Assembly (NCBI GenBank): GCA_044356455.1
Contig: JBIKWF010000049.1
Coordinates: forward strand, 1 to 29,067
Source: Bdellovibrionota bacterium
GTDB lineage: Bacteria; Bdellovibrionota_C; UBA2361; JBGSMV01
DNA: 29,067 bases
Reading direction: 5' to 3'
Shown here: piece by piece, positions 16,897 to 26,461 of the stretch
How the letters are laid out: the number at the start of each line of letters is the position of its first letter
Numbering within the stretch: the stretch's first letter is position 1
Position numbers and translations under genes: made by a program
The notes under the pieces: model-generated
The model's input: the letters and a program-made list of their open reading frames with translations, nothing else
The model's database searches: none
Told to the model about the DNA's origin: nothing

Positions 16897-17298
16897 ATGA
16901 AGATTACCAGCTGGTTTCGCATTTCAGTCATTGCTGTGGGTATATTCGCTGCACTGACGATGCCTCCACAGGCCTTTGCCATAAACTACCGCGTCACTGC
17001 AGTGCTCTGTGATGGAGAGCACACTTTTACCGCCGTCGACAATAAGTACATTCTTGACTCGGCGGAGGAGGCAGGAATTGACTTGCCTTATTCTGATCGC
17101 GCCGGAACCTCCTTAACTTCATTGGCGGTTCTCGTGAGTGGAACCGTGGACCAATCAGACCAGAATGCGCTAACCGAAGAGCAAGTCGCTCGGGGTTTCA
17201 TGCTCTTGGATGTGGCGTATCCGCGCTCTGATGTGCGAATGCAGATATGCGGAGCGTTAGACAGTCTTAATGGTGGGAACCCGCCGGTTTGCCCTTAA
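16897..17298 (+). CDS. Secreted plant-type ferredoxin homologue lacking all four [2Fe-2S] Cys ligands
   Basis: Sec signal ending QAFA; YILDSAEEAGIDLPYS-D-RAGT-S-LT-S...SGTVDQSDQ...GFMLL-D-VAYPRSD keeps the exact x4-x2-x29 ligand spacing; GGAGG RBS. Confidence 0.9.
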   Translation: MKITSWFRISVIAVGIFAALTMPPQAFAINYRVTAVLCDGEHTFTAVDNKYILDSAEEAGIDLPYSDRAGTSLTSLAVLVSGTVDQSDQNALTEEQVARGFMLLDVAYPRSDVRMQICGALDSLNGGNPPVCP

Positions 17299-17349
17299 CT
17301 TACGGGCAGGGAGACCCAGATAGTTCGAGGTAAAAAATATCGAAGGGGC

Positions 17350-19272
17350 CTAGAACCCAAGTAGTCCACCAAGCCCTTTCTTCCCGCCTTCGCCCTTCTT
17401 GCCTTTGAGAGCTTTTTCAAGAAGGTCGGAAGCTTTGTCTTGCAGCATCTTCTTGGCGCCAGTCTTCATCAGGCGGTCAATATTCGGCACCACCGTGAGT
17501 TTCTGAGCAGTGCCTTTAAGGGTGAGCGGGACTACAAGGCGTCCCTTGGCGTCTAGAACCGATTCAAGCTCCTTCACCTTCTTTGCGAGGGCAGCCGACG
17601 TCGTGGGGTTAAATAGAATCGTCGCGTTCAGATCTACTTCAGCATTAAACCCCACAGTTCCGTCCGCCTCTAGGTCAAAAAGGTTACTAAAGGCTTTTAA
17701 ATCAGGCGTGCGAATGAGGCCGTCAGAAAAAGTAAATGAACCAGTAACTTTCGAGAGAGCAGTATCTGGGCTATCAAGCTCTCCTTTTTGATCGGGAGGT
17801 AGCGCGTCATAGAGCGCTCCGGAGACAAACGGAAGGCCTTTCAATGCCTTCAGCACGGAGCCGGCGAGATTTACTCCTTTCACTTCCACGTTACTAAGAG
17901 AGAGATTTGCATTTCCAGAGAGCGCGTGGGGGAGGGGGCCGGCCAAGGGGCCTGAAACATTCCCCTTTACGCTATCAATAGTCGCCGAGAACTTCTGATC
18001 GGCAGGTTTTTGCCCCGTAGCGAGGAGCGCCTGTCCAACATTGAGGCCGCTCGCAGAAAAAGACGCGCTGAATGCTTGTTTGCCCTCCAAAGAAAGTTCC
18101 GCACTTGAAGTTAACGTTCCAGAAAAGAGCGAGGAGTTAAACTCGGAAACTTTCACCTGGGGGGAGGAAAATGTTCCTGCGAAGGCAACGCTTAATGGTT
18201 GGCCATTTAAGGACAGGCCAATTTTTTTCGTACCGAACTGAACGAGTTTCCCCTGCGCACTTGAGGTTAGATCTCCGGTAAGGTCAGCAATCTGAAAATT
18301 ATTCGCGGTGGCAGAGACTTGTTTGAGCGAAAGGGCTCCTTCAGATTGGTAGCCCTTTTGTGCTCCGCCCAAGGTTGCTTGAGCGGTGATTCCTAGAAGG
18401 CCTTTGGCCTGCAAATCGGGGGCTGCCGCGAGACTAAGGAGAGGCTTAAAAGCTTCGAGAGATAGCCCTGGCCCTTCCAGCGAAATATGTCCCTCCTGTG
18501 AGTCCAGATTTAGCTTCGCCTTAAAGATGAGAGTGTTGCCGAGTATGCTGATGGCAAGTTTTTCTGCCGAAAAGTCTTTGCCAGTTAGTCCTAAACTCGA
18601 GCCTTGGATGCTCAAGGGAATATTGCCATTGGCTCGCGCTGAAGCATTAAGTTGGGGCAGCGTGAAATTTTTGCCCGAGAGCTCGACGCTTGTGTCCAGG
18701 TTCACTTGGTCAAGCACGTACTTTTTGTTTCCTAGTCTATCGTCGAGGGTAATGGTGGCGTCTTTTAGCCGAAAACTCTTCAGCCCAAGATCAAGTGGAG
18801 GCGAAGCAGTTGATGAAGCGTCCCGGGCTGAAGTATTTTCCTCTGTGGGGGCAGGGGATGGGGAGGATTTCTCCCCAGAGCTCTTGCCGCGGGGGAGCCC
18901 TGAAACCCAGGTACCTGTGCTGTCCTTCACGAGAGCAATCGTAGGACTTAAGATGGTAAAGGAAGAAACTTCTAGCTTGCCCTTGAGCAAGGCCAGAAGC
19001 TCAACGTCGAGGGCGATGTCCCTTAGCGTAAAGGGCTCACTTTCGTCCTGTGAGCTTACGCGTAAGTCTTGAAGACTGAACCTCGCCGAAGGGAAAATCG
19101 AAGCTTCGATCGCACCTATGGTAACTTTCCCGCCAACGGCTTCCCCTGCAACTTTCTCAAGTTCCGGCTTAAATGACGCGATCAGTGAGTTCGCGTTTGA
19201 TATGGCAAAAGCGAATAGTCCGCCTACGATCAGAACAGCTGCTATGACGATGATAAGAAAGGCTCGTTTCAT
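17350..19272 (-). CDS. AsmA-like envelope protein
   Basis: N-terminal TM anchor, LLALLKGKLEVSSFTILSP, long beta-rich body, AsmA-like C-terminal region (G.F.F.DG.I.T.DL...G.VGF...VPL.LKGT). ATG 19272 preferred on RBS spacing. Confidence 0.88.
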   Translation of the reverse strand: MKRAFLIIVIAAVLIVGGLFAFAISNANSLIASFKPELEKVAGEAVGGKVTIGAIEASIFPSARFSLQDLRVSSQDESEPFTLRDIALDVELLALLKGKLEVSSFTILSPTIALVKDSTGTWVSGLPRGKSSGEKSSPSPAPTEENTSARDASSTASPPLDLGLKSFRLKDATITLDDRLGNKKYVLDQVNLDTSVELSGKNFTLPQLNASARANGNIPLSIQGSSLGLTGKDFSAEKLAISILGNTLIFKAKLNLDSQEGHISLEGPGLSLEAFKPLLSLAAAPDLQAKGLLGITAQATLGGAQKGYQSEGALSLKQVSATANNFQIADLTGDLTSSAQGKLVQFGTKKIGLSLNGQPLSVAFAGTFSSPQVKVSEFNSSLFSGTLTSSAELSLEGKQAFSASFSASGLNVGQALLATGQKPADQKFSATIDSVKGNVSGPLAGPLPHALSGNANLSLSNVEVKGVNLAGSVLKALKGLPFVSGALYDALPPDQKGELDSPDTALSKVTGSFTFSDGLIRTPDLKAFSNLFDLEADGTVGFNAEVDLNATILFNPTTSAALAKKVKELESVLDAKGRLVVPLTLKGTAQKLTVVPNIDRLMKTGAKKMLQDKASDLLEKALKGKKGEGGKKGLGGLLGF

Positions 19273-19474
19273 GTAAGGCAATTCTCCTTGGGACGACGGA
19301 AAATTCCCCGCCTATGGTTCTGGTTGATAACTACGATTGCCGCAGAGACCACGATGGGGAGTCGCACAGAGGTGGCCTTAAGGCGAGGTTCTTTCGGGCT
19401 TTCCCAATCTGCGCTTGGGAAGAAGGCTAAAGGATCTGAGGCCCATGCGCCAGATAATGCTCGTGTGTAAGGAT

Positions 19475-20230
19475 TTATTCCCTGATTCCTGGCGATATGC
19501 GAGGAGGCACTTTTAAATCCTCATAGCCAACTGCGTATCCAGGGGAGCGGCGGCCTTGAGTTGGCGCAGTCGCCACAAGGAGAGTGTAGGGGACTGGTTT
19601 CTGCGAGGCGCGCGCATACCCACGCACCTTTTCATGCTCCTTGACGGTAAGGGCACAGCCTTCAAGCACAGAAAGAAGCTCAGGAGTTTTGATTCTTCTA
19701 CAGCTTGGTTCAAATCCGGTTGAATACTCAGAGGGGAAGGCTGCTGCAAGAACTCCTTGTGGTGCGAGCATGGCGGCAAAGTCGCGGAGCCGCTCCCGGT
19801 AATCTGGGCACAGCTGTAGCGCTCCGGAACAAATGACGAGATCAAACTCTCTCGGGGTAAGCCTACAAGAATCAAGAGGCCACGCGAGGTCGTACTGATG
19901 GAGCGCGTCGCCTTGCCTAAGGTGCTTTGCTGCATGCTGAAGCATTTCAAGCGAAGCATCTAACCCAGTTATCTCTGCACCCGCGCTCGATAACTCACGG
20001 GCGAGAATTCCTGGGCCACAGGCCACATCGAGAACTCGCAGCCCCGCGACTTGGGGAATATGTTTGAGAGCGAGATCTTTTAGTCTTCGTAGAGTGCCGG
20101 TCCACCCCGTGTCTACCGCGCGCAGCTCAAACTCCGCAGGGGGTGGGTCAAATAGCAGTCTGCGCTCAGTTGCCCATGGGAGGATAGGGTTTGCGAGGGG
20201 CACCACTTTGGCGGGGGAACTTGAACGCAT
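19475..20230 (-). CDS. Class I SAM-dependent methyltransferase
   Basis: RVLDVACGPG, GLDASLEML, FDLVIC, LAPQGVL. Confidence 0.88.
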   Translation of the reverse strand: MRSSSPAKVVPLANPILPWATERRLLFDPPPAEFELRAVDTGWTGTLRRLKDLALKHIPQVAGLRVLDVACGPGILARELSSAGAEITGLDASLEMLQHAAKHLRQGDALHQYDLAWPLDSCRLTPREFDLVICSGALQLCPDYRERLRDFAAMLAPQGVLAAAFPSEYSTGFEPSCRRIKTPELLSVLEGCALTVKEHEKVRGYARASQKPVPYTLLVATAPTQGRRSPGYAVGYEDLKVPPRISPGIRE

Positions 20231-20377
20231 AACGTCGCTTGCTTTAGTTACGAAGGTAAGACGGAGCTATCCCGCGAGTCCATCCCTTGAGGAATAATTC
20301 CGAGGACTTAAACTTCATCGCCTCTTTGATAAAAAGCCCAAGCTGTCGTAACGTGCCGAGAAGTATAAAGGAATCTC

Positions 20378-22327
20378 ATGGCCAGTAGTCCAGTAGGGAA
20401 AAATCCCCAAGGAAGGTCCTCCTTGGAGAAGGGGCAGGCCTCTGCAACCTCAGAGCCAGCTCTTATGCCGGGAAGGGGCGTACCACTAACTGCGCAAGCA
20501 CTCTCACCTGCACACTCGCTCGCAGTATATGCCAGGCTCTTAAAGTATCTTTCTCGGCATCGCGCGCCCTTTGTGCTCGCCATCATTGCTATGGTGATCT
20601 TCGGGGCTACGGATGGGGTAGTTCCTTTCTTGGTAAAATACGTGCTTGATGGTGTGTTTACCCATCAGGATAAGACCCTGCTATGGGTCTTGCCTTTAGC
20701 CCTCTTTGCGTTTGGCGTGGTGCGGGGCATCGTTGATTTTGGCCAGAGCTTCATGATGTCGAAGGTAGGTCTCGGCATCGTGCGCGACTTGCGCAATGAA
20801 GTACATGCGCACTTACTTAAGCTTTCTAATGATTTTTATGTGTTCCGCTCGAGTGCAGATCTCGTATCGCGGGTAACGAGTGACGTTCTTTTAGTTCGGA
20901 CTCTTTTGACCGATGCGGCTGCGGCCGTGATTCGAGATTCGATTCGAGTGGTGGCGCTCCTTGCGGCTGCGATTTATCTCGACCCAACCCTCGCGCTGAT
21001 TGCGGCGGTGGTGTTTCCGCTTGGTATCTATCCCGTATATCGCTTTGGCAGGCGCATGCGAAAGCTGAGCCGCGTGGGACAAGAGGCAACGGGGAAGCTT
21101 TCCGCAGTAATGCAGGAGAGTACTCTCGGCAATCGAGTGGTCAAAATTTTTGGACGCGAGGATTTTGAGCACCAGCGCTTCCAGCGCGAAAACGACCGCC
21201 TTACCGAAACATTCATTAAAGCCGAACGAGTAAAGGCGCTCACTGGCCCCGTGAATGAAGTGCTCGCCACGGCGGTTATTGGTGGTGTGATTCTCTACGG
21301 CGGCTACTCCGTCATGCAGGATTTGAGAACTCAGGGCGAGTTTCTGGCCTTTTTGATTTCTGTGTTCCTACTTTACGACCCTTTCAAAAAGCTAAGCCGC
21401 ATCAGTAGTACGGTGCAGCAAGGAGTGGCGGGGGCTGAACGTTTGTTTGAAATTCTAGACACCAAGCCTTCAATTACGGATCCCGCGGAGCCAGTGTCTC
21501 TTGGATCCGGCACAGCTATCGAGTTCCAGGGAGTTGATTTCTCGTACGCAGCCAGGCCAACCACCGCGAATCTAGCCAGCGCAGATCTGGAGATCTCACA
21601 AGATGAAGACGAAGAGCCGCGTGCCTTAAGCAATATCAACCTTCGTATTGAAGAAGGCCAGAAAGTGGCGCTCGTCGGTTTCTCGGGCGCGGGAAAGAGC
21701 ACGCTAGTTGATTTAATCATGCGCTTTATTGATCCGCAGCGTGGGGTGGTGCGTATGGGGGGAGTTGATGTTTCTTCCCTAAGGCTCAAAGACCTGCGCC
21801 GGCAAATCGCCATGGTGAATCAGCACACCTTCCTTTTTCACGACACGATATTTAATAACATCGCGTACGGCCTGCCTGACGCCACTCGCGAACAAGTTAT
21901 CTCGGCCGCAAAGGCTGCCTATGCCTACGACTTCATTATGCAACTCCCTCTTGGATTCGAGAGTATTATTGGAGAGAGTGGATTTACCCTCTCGGGCGGC
22001 GAGCGTCAGAGACTTGCGATAGCGCGGGCAATTCTAAAAAATGCGCCTATTTTGGTGCTTGATGAAGCTACCGCTTCGCTCGACAACAGGGCCGAGCGCG
22101 AAGTCCAGTCAGCGCTTGAAGCGCTTGAAAGAGGGCGTACCACGATTGTAATCGCACATAGGCTTTCAACCGTGCGCAATGCCGATAACATAGTAGTTCT
22201 CAAGGATGGCCGAATAGTTGAAATGGGCACCCACGAAGAGCTTCTTGCGCGAGGCGGAGAGTTCGCAAAACTCTACGCACTTCAGTTTAGTGAAGAGGCG
22301 CCGCAAGAGGACACCGTAGTCAATTAA
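20378..22327 (+). CDS. msbA: Lipid A export ABC transporter permease/ATPase
   Basis: TMD plus NBD; GFSGAGKST, LSGGERQR, ILVLDEATASLD, IAHRLST; adjacent to waaA/lpxK. Confidence 0.9.
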   Translation: MASSPVGKNPQGRSSLEKGQASATSEPALMPGRGVPLTAQALSPAHSLAVYARLLKYLSRHRAPFVLAIIAMVIFGATDGVVPFLVKYVLDGVFTHQDKTLLWVLPLALFAFGVVRGIVDFGQSFMMSKVGLGIVRDLRNEVHAHLLKLSNDFYVFRSSADLVSRVTSDVLLVRTLLTDAAAAVIRDSIRVVALLAAAIYLDPTLALIAAVVFPLGIYPVYRFGRRMRKLSRVGQEATGKLSAVMQESTLGNRVVKIFGREDFEHQRFQRENDRLTETFIKAERVKALTGPVNEVLATAVIGGVILYGGYSVMQDLRTQGEFLAFLISVFLLYDPFKKLSRISSTVQQGVAGAERLFEILDTKPSITDPAEPVSLGSGTAIEFQGVDFSYAARPTTANLASADLEISQDEDEEPRALSNINLRIEEGQKVALVGFSGAGKSTLVDLIMRFIDPQRGVVRMGGVDVSSLRLKDLRRQIAMVNQHTFLFHDTIFNNIAYGLPDATREQVISAAKAAYAYDFIMQLPLGFESIIGESGFTLSGGERQRLAIARAILKNAPILVLDEATASLDNRAEREVQSALEALERGRTTIVIAHRLSTVRNADNIVVLKDGRIVEMGTHEELLARGGEFAKLYALQFSEEAPQEDTVVN

Positions 22328-22354
22328 AAGTGGTGCAGAGGCAGCGGGGGTAGA

Positions 22355-23026
22355 GTGCTCGAGAAAATTCGCCAAGAAATCATTGCGTGCCTGGGAGTAA
22401 CCTTTCTCAGGTTGCTCGTCCTGACGCTCAGATTTCGTGTGCATCCCATCTCCATTGATCCACATTCCGCCTTTCGAGCGCCTTTGGGACCTCACGTGCT
22501 CGTGTTTTGGCATAATCGTCAACTGGTAATGCCGTTTGTGTACTTCCGAGGAGGAGGCATTCCTCATAAAATTTCAGTTCTGATTAGCCAGCACCGGGAT
22601 GGAAGGTTGATTGCCCGAGTTATGGCTCTGCTCGGAGTGAACTCAATTGCCGGCTCTTCGACACGCGGCGGGACCGCTGCGCTCAGAGGCATGGTGCGCG
22701 TAATGCGAGAGGGAAATCATGTCGCGATTACTCCTGATGGTCCTAAAGGGCCGCTTTACGAAGCCAAGCCGGGAGCTGTGCTGCTTTCTAGTTTGAGTGG
22801 CGGACCGCTGTATCCTATGGCCTATGGCCTGGAGAAAGCCTGGGTCTTTAAGAGCTGGGATCGCATGATTTTGCCTAAGCCCTTTTCAAAAATTGTCGTG
22901 GCAATTGCCGAACCGATTAAAGTGCCTGCGCGGCTTAGTGAAGAGCAGCTCGAGGAATACCGAGTCGTGCTTCAGAATAAACTTGCTGAGATAACAACCG
23001 CTGTTGATTCGTACGACTATGCTTGA
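22355..23026 (+). CDS. DUF374 LPLAT-family acyltransferase (LpxJ-like)
   Basis: FWH, ISQHRDG, GSSTRGG, ITPDGPKGP, SWDRMILPKPF are DUF374 motifs; lies within the lipid A operon. Confidence 0.88.
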   Translation: MLEKIRQEIIACLGVTFLRLLVLTLRFRVHPISIDPHSAFRAPLGPHVLVFWHNRQLVMPFVYFRGGGIPHKISVLISQHRDGRLIARVMALLGVNSIAGSSTRGGTAALRGMVRVMREGNHVAITPDGPKGPLYEAKPGAVLLSSLSGGPLYPMAYGLEKAWVFKSWDRMILPKPFSKIVVAIAEPIKVPARLSEEQLEEYRVVLQNKLAEITTAVDSYDYA

Positions 23027-24326
23027 GGCGCTGTACCGCACGGCCATGTTAGCGGGCCCTTTCGCGGCTTTGCCCATCTTTTTGGCTAGGGCCAGGGGCA
23101 GAAGGCAACTTGAAGAGCGCTTTGGGCGCTGGGTAGTAGCGCCTGACGTGGCGAGTGCGGCGCCGGCCTGGATTCATGGCGCCTCATTCGGAGAGGTTAA
23201 CGGCATGCTCCCTATTATTCGTGCGCTCAAGGCGCATGAGCCAAAGATGCCGGTGATTGTCTCCGCGACCTCTGTCACTGGTCTTGATACTGGCTCGAAA
23301 GTTGCGGACGAAACGCATCTTTTGCCCTTCGACCACCCGCTATGGATTCGGCGAGTTCTTGCGCAATTTTCTCCTCGCGTTTTTGTCTTTGGCGAAACGG
23401 AAGTTTGGCCGCTTCTTCTCGATGAGCTTTCCGCACGAAGGGTCCCCTGTATCTTGGCAAATGGTAGGATTTCGGACCGAGCCTTTCCGCGCTACCTGCG
23501 TTGGAAGAAATTTCTTGAGCCCAGACTGAAACGCCTCACCCGAATCTGCGTATCAAGTGAGGTAGCCTTCGAGAGGTTTCTCGCGCTTGGCGCGAACCGT
23601 GAACAACTCGTTATTACAGGGAACGCCAAATATGATCTTGCTCCAGCCTTGCGAGATACTGCTGAGATAGAAGCTTTTCGAAGACAGTTTTTTTTGGATC
23701 AAAGACCTGTAGTAGTCCTTGGGAGCCTTAGGCCAGGAGAGGAAGAAGAATGGTTTCCCGTCCTCAAGGAGGCCTTGTCGCAGGCGGGCTCAGCGCTAGG
23801 AGTAGTGGTAGCGCCTAGGCACAAGGAAAAGTTTTCTTCTTTTGCTGAGCAACTGAGTAAGCATGGTATCGCTTTTTGGCGACGCTCCGAGAGCAGCTCT
23901 CCACCCGCTGGGGCTCCCTCAGTGGTGCTCCTTGACTCGCTGGGTGAGCTGGCCTCGGTGTATGCCTTTGCCGACCTTGGATTTGTGGGCGGCACCTTGC
24001 GCAATTATGGGGGGCACAATCCGCTCGAGCCAGCGGCTCACGGAGCAGCGGTAGCACTTGGGCCTTATCATCAAAATGCCGGTGAGGTAGTCGAGCGGCT
24101 TCAGACGAGGCAGGCCCTGTTTGAGCTTTCTGACAAGCAGTCTCTTCGTGAGGTGCTTTCTCTTGTGGTTTCAAGGAGTGAGTTGGTGCAAGAGAGAAGA
24201 AGACTTGGCCACGAGGTTTGGCGCTCCTTTCAGGGAGCAACTGAGAGAACGGTAGCAGAGATACTGAGCGCAGCGCCTTTGGCGTTTCCCTCGGTACATG
24301 AGCGCCCGGGGAGGGCAGGTACGTGA
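23019..24326 (+). CDS. waaA: Kdo transferase
   Basis: WIHGASFGE, LPFD, ETEVWP, NGRISDR, TGNAKYD, APRH, GGHNPLEPA. ATG 23019 overlaps the upstream stop. Confidence 0.95.
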   Translation: MLEALYRTAMLAGPFAALPIFLARARGRRQLEERFGRWVVAPDVASAAPAWIHGASFGEVNGMLPIIRALKAHEPKMPVIVSATSVTGLDTGSKVADETHLLPFDHPLWIRRVLAQFSPRVFVFGETEVWPLLLDELSARRVPCILANGRISDRAFPRYLRWKKFLEPRLKRLTRICVSSEVAFERFLALGANREQLVITGNAKYDLAPALRDTAEIEAFRRQFFLDQRPVVVLGSLRPGEEEEWFPVLKEALSQAGSALGVVVAPRHKEKFSSFAEQLSKHGIAFWRRSESSSPPAGAPSVVLLDSLGELASVYAFADLGFVGGTLRNYGGHNPLEPAAHGAAVALGPYHQNAGEVVERLQTRQALFELSDKQSLREVLSLVVSRSELVQERRRLGHEVWRSFQGATERTVAEILSAAPLAFPSVHERPGRAGT

Positions 24327-25333
24327 TATCGAGCGCCGCCGCCTATCTTTACAGTCTGGTAATGAAACTCAGGAATGAGTTTTTTGACCGTGGACTCTTT
24401 GCCGCATACGCGGCTCCTTTCCCCGTCATTAGCGTGGGAAATCTAACCGCTGGCGGCAATTCAAAAACTCCTCTCACTATGTATCTCGTGCAAGAGCTGC
24501 GAAGCCTTGGCTATTCGCCTTTTGTGATTTCACGAGGCTACGGCGGGAGTGAGCGAGGGCCAAAGCTTGTTGAGAGCACCGATGACGCACTGGTGGTAGG
24601 AGACGAGCCGCTTCTTATAAAAAGAAAATGCCAGGTGCCCGTGGTTGTTTCCCGATCGCGTGTAGCCGGAGCGCGTTTTGCGGCGGCCCAGGCTCTTGGA
24701 GATGTTGCAGTTCTTGATGACGCCTTTCAGCACCGCTGGCTTAAGCGCACGCTTGATATCGTTTCAATTCATGTAGGAACTGACCAGGCTCTGCAGGCTT
24801 TTCTTGACGGCGAGTGCCTTCCGAAGGGACGGTTTCGAGAGTCCCGCGACGCGGGGCTACGGCGTGCCGGGGCTCTTGTGCTTTCTGAGGGTCGCTCCAA
24901 GGTAGGCGGTGCTCCTTCGATTCTGCGCGAACAACTTCTTAGTATTCTGCCGAAAGGAGTTCCGGTTTTCTCGGCGTCTTTGAGCACTCAGGGAATATAC
25001 TCTCTTCGGGGGGAGGGCCCTCTCTCCTTTGCAAGAGTGGGAGCATTTTGCGCAATCGCGCATCCTCGCAATTTCTTCGATACCCTACGGGCCTCAGGTG
25101 TAGAGGTGACGAGAGAGTTTTCGTTCGCAGACCATTATCCTGTCGGCGAGAAAGAGCTCGCACGTATGCGACAAGAGGTGGGAGATCTTCCCCTTGTCTG
25201 CACCGAGAAAGATGCGGTGAGGATTTCTGAGCAGGAGAAGAATGTTTTTGTCCTACGAACTGGGATGTCGGTAGAGCCAGCCAGTGAATTTCGTGCGCTT
25301 CTTTTGAAGGCCTGTGAGCGCACAGATGTCTGA
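24323..25333 (+). CDS. lpxK: Tetraacyldisaccharide 4'-kinase
   Basis: VISVGNLTAGGNSKTP, SRGYG, GDEP, LDDAFQH, FADH, CTEKDAV. Confidence 0.95.
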   Translation: MISSAAAYLYSLVMKLRNEFFDRGLFAAYAAPFPVISVGNLTAGGNSKTPLTMYLVQELRSLGYSPFVISRGYGGSERGPKLVESTDDALVVGDEPLLIKRKCQVPVVVSRSRVAGARFAAAQALGDVAVLDDAFQHRWLKRTLDIVSIHVGTDQALQAFLDGECLPKGRFRESRDAGLRRAGALVLSEGRSKVGGAPSILREQLLSILPKGVPVFSASLSTQGIYSLRGEGPLSFARVGAFCAIAHPRNFFDTLRASGVEVTREFSFADHYPVGEKELARMRQEVGDLPLVCTEKDAVRISEQEKNVFVLRTGMSVEPASEFRALLLKACERTDV

Positions 25334-26084
25334 AGAGCAGCCTTCGGGGGCAAAAGGGACCTTCCTTCTTGCGCATGGTCTCAATATTTCGCCGCGATCG
25401 ATGGAGTGGATTGGATCGGAAGTGCGCGCGCGAGGATTTGCTACTGTCTCTACTTGTCTCGCAGGTCATAGCGGCGTCTTTCGTGAGCGGAGCTTGGCGA
25501 GCTGCGCGCGTTGGCAGCAAGATTTTTGCACAGCGTATGGCGAAGCAAAGAGTAGGGGAGGGCCCCTTACAGTACTCGGCTATTCGCTGGGAGGCCTTCT
25601 TTCGGCGCTCGCAATTGCAAAGGGAATTGTCGCGGCGCCAGATAAACTTGTCTTGCTTGCGCCGGCAATTGGGCTTCGCAGGTGGGTGAGATTTTTTGAA
25701 CCCCTGACAAAGATTCTTCCCGGCTCACTGCCTTTGCCGAGCGCCGTTCCACCTTCCTATCGCGCCGCGTCTTTTGCGGCCGTGTCTTGGTACCGAGTGC
25801 TCTTTGAGCTTTATCATGAACTTTGGGGGCTTGGTGCCTTAGGAGCGATGAGAGATCTCTCCATTAGAATTTACCTTAGCGATCGTGATGAGTTCATCTC
25901 TGTCTTTGAGCTTGAGCGCTGGATAAATGAAGCGAATCTTGGGGATGCCGAACTCTCAATTGTTAAATCTCAGGCAACAATCTCGGTAACGCCTCAGCAT
26001 CTCCTGCTTGAACCCAGCCATTTTGGAGCGCAAGGGTGGGCGAAGTGGATTAATGAGATTTGTAGCGGCGCAGAATCTACATAG
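25326..26084 (+). CDS. Alpha/beta hydrolase (carboxylesterase-like)
   Basis: HGL oxyanion motif, GYSLG nucleophile elbow, LLAPA, candidate Asp (DRDE) and His (PQHL); overlaps the lpxK stop. Confidence 0.88.
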   Translation: MSEEQPSGAKGTFLLAHGLNISPRSMEWIGSEVRARGFATVSTCLAGHSGVFRERSLASCARWQQDFCTAYGEAKSRGGPLTVLGYSLGGLLSALAIAKGIVAAPDKLVLLAPAIGLRRWVRFFEPLTKILPGSLPLPSAVPPSYRAASFAAVSWYRVLFELYHELWGLGALGAMRDLSIRIYLSDRDEFISVFELERWINEANLGDAELSIVKSQATISVTPQHLLLEPSHFGAQGWAKWINEICSGAEST

Positions 26085-26334
26085 CTAGGGCGCCCCGTCA
26101 TCGGGGCGCCGAAAGATCTTGCACTCGTCTGGTCTGTGCTAATGTCGCTGAGGAGTTCCGGGTAGGAAGATCGTGCGGCTCCCTGGGGACAGGGAGCCCT
26201 ACCTGAAAGGAAATGGCTTCGGCGAATAGCGAGATCCTTCGTGCCTACGCGCCCATCGCGGTGACCTGTAGGTAGGGCGCCCCGTCCTCGGGGTGCCGAA
26301 AGACCTTGCGGCTCTCTGAGGGCAGGGAGCCTGC
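26085..26334. repeat. BIME-like cluster of four GTAG-type REP palindromes
   Basis: REP1 26085-26111 (+), REP2 26176-26202 (-), REP3 26272-26298 (+), REP4 26309-26334 (-, degenerate); shared GAAAGA(T/C)CTTGC linker after REP1 and REP3. Confidence 0.82.
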
Positions 26335-26461
26335 CTGGGTCATGTATGGCAAATATAAGATGCGCTAATTTCAGTGAGTTAGCCGCTAGATAGGAAAAAT
26401 TCTGAGTCATTTTGATGAGAGTTCGCGATAACAACCGAGCCTAGGGCGAGGCGGAGGACTT

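Noticed and set aside
18386..19072. 228-aa plus-strand ORF and other long antisense ORFs
   Set aside because: Shadow frames of well-supported genes with no motifs of their own.
20366..20380. AAGGAATCTCAT before msbA resembles the MITE end
   Set aside because: Short match fully explained as the msbA RBS and start codon.
25994..26434. 146-aa minus-strand ORF
   Set aside because: Spans the REP cluster and has no protein-like features.
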